Below, piece by piece: positions 25,601 through 27,737 of a stretch of DNA of 27,737 nt. The stretch is taken from positions 1 through 27,737 of the forward strand of contig JAQCIU010000040.1 of the NCBI GenBank assembly GCA_027593235.1, given 5' to 3'. The notes beneath the pieces are model-generated. The model was not told where the DNA came from. It saw nothing but the letters and a program-made list of their open reading frames with translations, and ran no database searches. The position numbers and the translations under genes were made by a program. Position 1 is the first letter of the stretch. Each line of letters begins with the position of its first letter. The DNA comes from Chloroflexota bacterium (GTDB lineage: Bacteria > Chloroflexota > Dehalococcoidia > UBA2979).

Positions 25601-26424
25601 TGCGCCGGGCGGTACGCGGTGAGGACCTCGTTGCTCGTACCGGCGGCGACGAGTTCGTCGTCGTGATGGAAGACGTGACCGAAGAAGGGGCGCTGATCGT
25701 CGCGCAGCGGATGCATGACTCGCTGCGCGATATTCACCACGAGTTTGGCAACGCGCCAGTGCCGGTCCGCATTTCGATTGGCCTCGCCCTCGCCCCCGAC
25801 GACGGGACCGGTGCATCAGAGCTGTTGGAGGCCGCCGACCGCGCGATGTACGCCGCGAAGTTCGGCGGCGGCGACCGTACCCGCGCCGCCAGTGGCGACC
25901 GGGTCAGCGCCAACGCACCACGCACGCTCCGCCGCCGAGGCAACCGCGTGATGGAGCTGCTGATTCGTACCGCCGTCGATGGCGCTTCCGGCTCGGAACG
26001 CCTGGCGGTCGCGCTTGCGCAGCGCTACGTCGTCGCGGTCGGCCTCGGACGAGGTTTGCCGATCGACACCGCGGATCCGCTGCGCATGCTGGTCGCGGCC
26101 GAGGCGGCTCACCACATCGCGATGCCGGAGGAGTACCGCGACCAGGAGACGGCGCTGATGCTCCTGGATGGCCTCCGCACCCAGTGGGACGAACAGATGA
26201 CGGCGGCCGATCTCCAGCTCGACGATCTCCTGGCGGCCGCCGTGCGGTTGGCCTGGGAGCAGATCCCCGCGCCGGAGGGGCCCGGCCTCACCGCCGAGCA
26301 GGCGCTGGCCATCGTGACCAACGATCCGGCCTACAACCTCTCTCCGGAGGTCCTCGATCTCCTCTCGCAGTCCGCGCAGACCGCTGAGTTCGAGCGACGG
26401 CGCTCCCGTCGCGACGCCGCCTAG
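22687..26424 (+). CDS. Membrane-bound multi-GAF diguanylate cyclase (GGDEF)
   Basis: About 5 TM helices, a coiled coil and about 4 GAF-like repeats (LESARLY, LDSAELY, IDRLRLY linkers), then DMLTGLPN, DMDGLKLYNDTLGH, RGED (I-site) and GGDEF. Start uncertain (ATG 22642 or GTG 22687). Confidence 0.92.
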   Translation: MERDPDLQARVDSFRAPWLARRGLLALTAFVVLGGLIGALPDFLIWPVVLVGGAALSESEIRVGRAAKTVRDFDLRVTAFRVFFLSLVGIGAPLVAGPTWIIPVGLAVLLSASAAQLQRQAVVVMLASAISSYLVGSLLLASGVVTPLDPSGLSGAISLAGSFVIALALFPICAGFVFVRARRAAQSRADLERSVGELRQAQSRLSASEAEAQRISGRLAAEVERKTEELARRNRALSIVNAISFALNEPFEDLTAIRRAARLVARLLGVDSVQIRELLPADQGGTDILVGPVPDVDDLPGLPAAVIDAAIDAHEGVTRSEDGEDAAIDTPAYVIVPMVTQGTVRGSLTLVGASCRDWGEQELHLLTLIVREMGAALESARLYRDALALADRELLVTEVSALLGTDAPLHQQLDELLAKIGASLGPVFASVVSVEGGATGPELARWQQDGRPTLTDAELTALTALIPQGGKSSSATPHLAPADQTGDPVLRARFGDIVVAPILAASLSAVPAPVGSDADAPSDTGDTLPEASDRTNRSRAAVLVLAAPADAGWAPLDIEVLVRVANVVGRRLEGEQLVQLQQRRFDELAALAEIGRVIQSGADTDRLYSDFASALYRLFPYQQAYIIRVRDDTLSEVIEFSSGGRSRNTIAVDGADAAHGWFNARSATTWTRAVGGVPSFIAADAQAGLTLPMRPKGQLLGAVILVADEAQLLSARLAERAVEQLSLALDSAELYRQATERASRIEAQRNLASIVASAVDLRGAFDAFAEEIRWLIPFERAVMLTIDEAGEIAEQVAIYPPAPHAELISAPLAGSVLARALSHGGAVALPRSDESLARLDWSLVGDDAAEVAAVPIVHGRQPTAIFALVNYGFADYEQFDLRALEEVAGLLAVTIDRLRLYERAEHAARHDMLTGLPNYRFLQERLKTLRTELDEGQHSAVLVVDMDGLKLYNDTLGHEAGDRAIQRVAEELRRAVRGEDLVARTGGDEFVVVMEDVTEEGALIVAQRMHDSLRDIHHEFGNAPVPVRISIGLALAPDDGTGASELLEAADRAMYAAKFGGGDRTRAASGDRVSANAPRTLRRRGNRVMELLIRTAVDGASGSERLAVALAQRYVVAVGLGRGLPIDTADPLRMLVAAEAAHHIAMPEEYRDQETALMLLDGLRTQWDEQMTAADLQLDDLLAAAVRLAWEQIPAPEGPGLTAEQALAIVTNDPAYNLSPEVLDLLSQSAQTAEFERRRSRRDAA

Positions 26425-26568
26425 ACAGGCTCGCGCCCACCCAATCGTCCGCTGCGGTCGACAACGCTGCAATGACTCCGCTATTCGGATCGCTTATTCT
26501 CCGGCGCGACAATCGAAGGCGCGCGGGTCACAGACCCGCGGCCCGGAGCGGCACGCGCCGAGGACCCT

Positions 26569-27528
26569 ATGAACATCGATCTCCTGCAAACGCTGGTGGC
26601 GGTTGCCGACGAAGGTGGCTATTCACGTGCCGCGCGCGTGCTCGCCGTGAGCCAGCCCGCCGTCTATCAACGGGTGCAACGACTGGAGTCGACGGTCGGG
26701 GCCTCGCTGCTCCAGCGCAATGGCCGGCGCGTCACGCTCACCCCGGAGGGGCAGGTTGTCTACCAGCACGCTCACAAGATCATCCGGCAGCTCCGCCTGC
26801 TGGATGACGCGATCGCCGAAGGGGGCGCACCGGCCGAGGGTGGCGCACTCTCCCTGCTGGTTGGACAGAGCCTCTGCGAGTTCCCGATTCCCGATATCTG
26901 CGTTGGGTTTCGAGGGGAGCATCCGGGCCTGGTCGTGGACTTCCGCGTCACGGCGCGGCCCTCCCGCGATATCGACCGGGAGATCAGCTACGGCCGCTCG
27001 GACATTGGGATTCATTCAGATCCCACGCCGGTCAGCGGCCTGTCGAAAGAGAAGTTCTACGACGAGGAATACGTCGCGCTGAGCTGGCCCGGGCACCGCT
27101 TCGCCGAGCTGGAGATCGTTGGCCCTCGCGACTTCGAGGATGAGCCGATCGTTGCGTACCGGGACGCCACGTTCACCTTCAGCCAGAGCCAGGTGGAGGG
27201 GTGGTTCGCGCGCGGTGGCGTTGAGCCTCGGCCGGAGTTCATCTCCAACAGCGTGATTGCGATCCGCGCGTTCGTGCAGCGTCGCGTCGGGGTGTCGATC
27301 GTGCCTCGGGATCATGCGGTGCAGACCGCTGGGCTGATCGTGCGGCCGCTGGTGGAGCCACCGCGTCGTACGCACTTCTTCGTGAGTCGGGTGACGCCAC
27401 ACGAAGCGCTGACCACCCGGCTGTTACGCTCGTATGCCATCTCCCAGGCGTGGGTGCGGTACGCCGCCGAACCGGTTGCGGCGATGAACGGGGAAATTAT
27501 GCCGACTGTGATGAAACCGGACCACTAA
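26569..27528 (+). CDS. LysR family transcriptional regulator
   Basis: N-terminal HTH (YSRAARVLAVSQPAVYQRVQRLE...LTPEG) followed by a substrate-binding domain; GAGGA RBS. Confidence 0.93.
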   Translation: MNIDLLQTLVAVADEGGYSRAARVLAVSQPAVYQRVQRLESTVGASLLQRNGRRVTLTPEGQVVYQHAHKIIRQLRLLDDAIAEGGAPAEGGALSLLVGQSLCEFPIPDICVGFRGEHPGLVVDFRVTARPSRDIDREISYGRSDIGIHSDPTPVSGLSKEKFYDEEYVALSWPGHRFAELEIVGPRDFEDEPIVAYRDATFTFSQSQVEGWFARGGVEPRPEFISNSVIAIRAFVQRRVGVSIVPRDHAVQTAGLIVRPLVEPPRRTHFFVSRVTPHEALTTRLLRSYAISQAWVRYAAEPVAAMNGEIMPTVMKPDH

Positions 27529-27737
27529 ATAAATTGAATAGCCGAACGATTCGACATGACATCGAACAAAGGTCATTGCGACCGTAATCTCGATGTGTAA
27601 TAGCCGGGCGTGACGGCCCGCGTATCCGCGGAGCCGTCTCAAACGCCCACCAGAGGGGACGCGTATGACATGGCGGATTCAAGCGGTCAGCGCAAGCAGC
27701 TCGGTGAGCTTCTCTGATGGTGTCATGGCGCCGAGCG

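Noticed and set aside
27543-27576. LexA/SOS box (GAAC-N4-GTTC)
   Set aside because: GAAC half-sites are present, but the spacing and second half-site do not match.
1-27737. Genome-wide UGA reassignment (genetic code 4 or 25) as the explanation for in-frame TGAs
   Set aside because: TGA terminates many complete genes here (LLM, GtrA, SDR, lspA, integrase, both cyclophilins). Trp is encoded by TGG throughout, and the tRNA-Trp has a normal CCA anticodon.

Overview
High-GC bacterial chromosomal window. The gene content suggests Chloroflexota/Dehalococcoidia-like, but that is inference only. It is mostly housekeeping and metabolic: a partial LLM oxidoreductase, GT2 plus GtrA, PAC2, SDR, a ThDP enzyme, gltX, RluA, lspA, a Mo-cofactor oxidoreductase, an ACT-malic enzyme, an epoxide hydrolase, two cyclophilins and a LysR regulator. 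It also holds six tRNAs (Gly, Leu, Trp, Gln, Glu, Arg), a ~1.95 kb decayed integrative element at tRNA-Glu, and a c-di-GMP module (degenerate REC-HD-GYP plus TM-GAF-GGDEF). The main signal missed by the ORF track is UGA recoding at two loci. (1) A tandem-domain rhodanese (739-1569) has TGA at its catalytic Cys codon, followed by a SECIS-like hairpin. (2) An unannotated SelW/Rdx-family CxxU gene (11309-11574) lies directly behind the Mo-oxidoreductase; it also carries a second in-frame TGA and a 1-nt frameshift.
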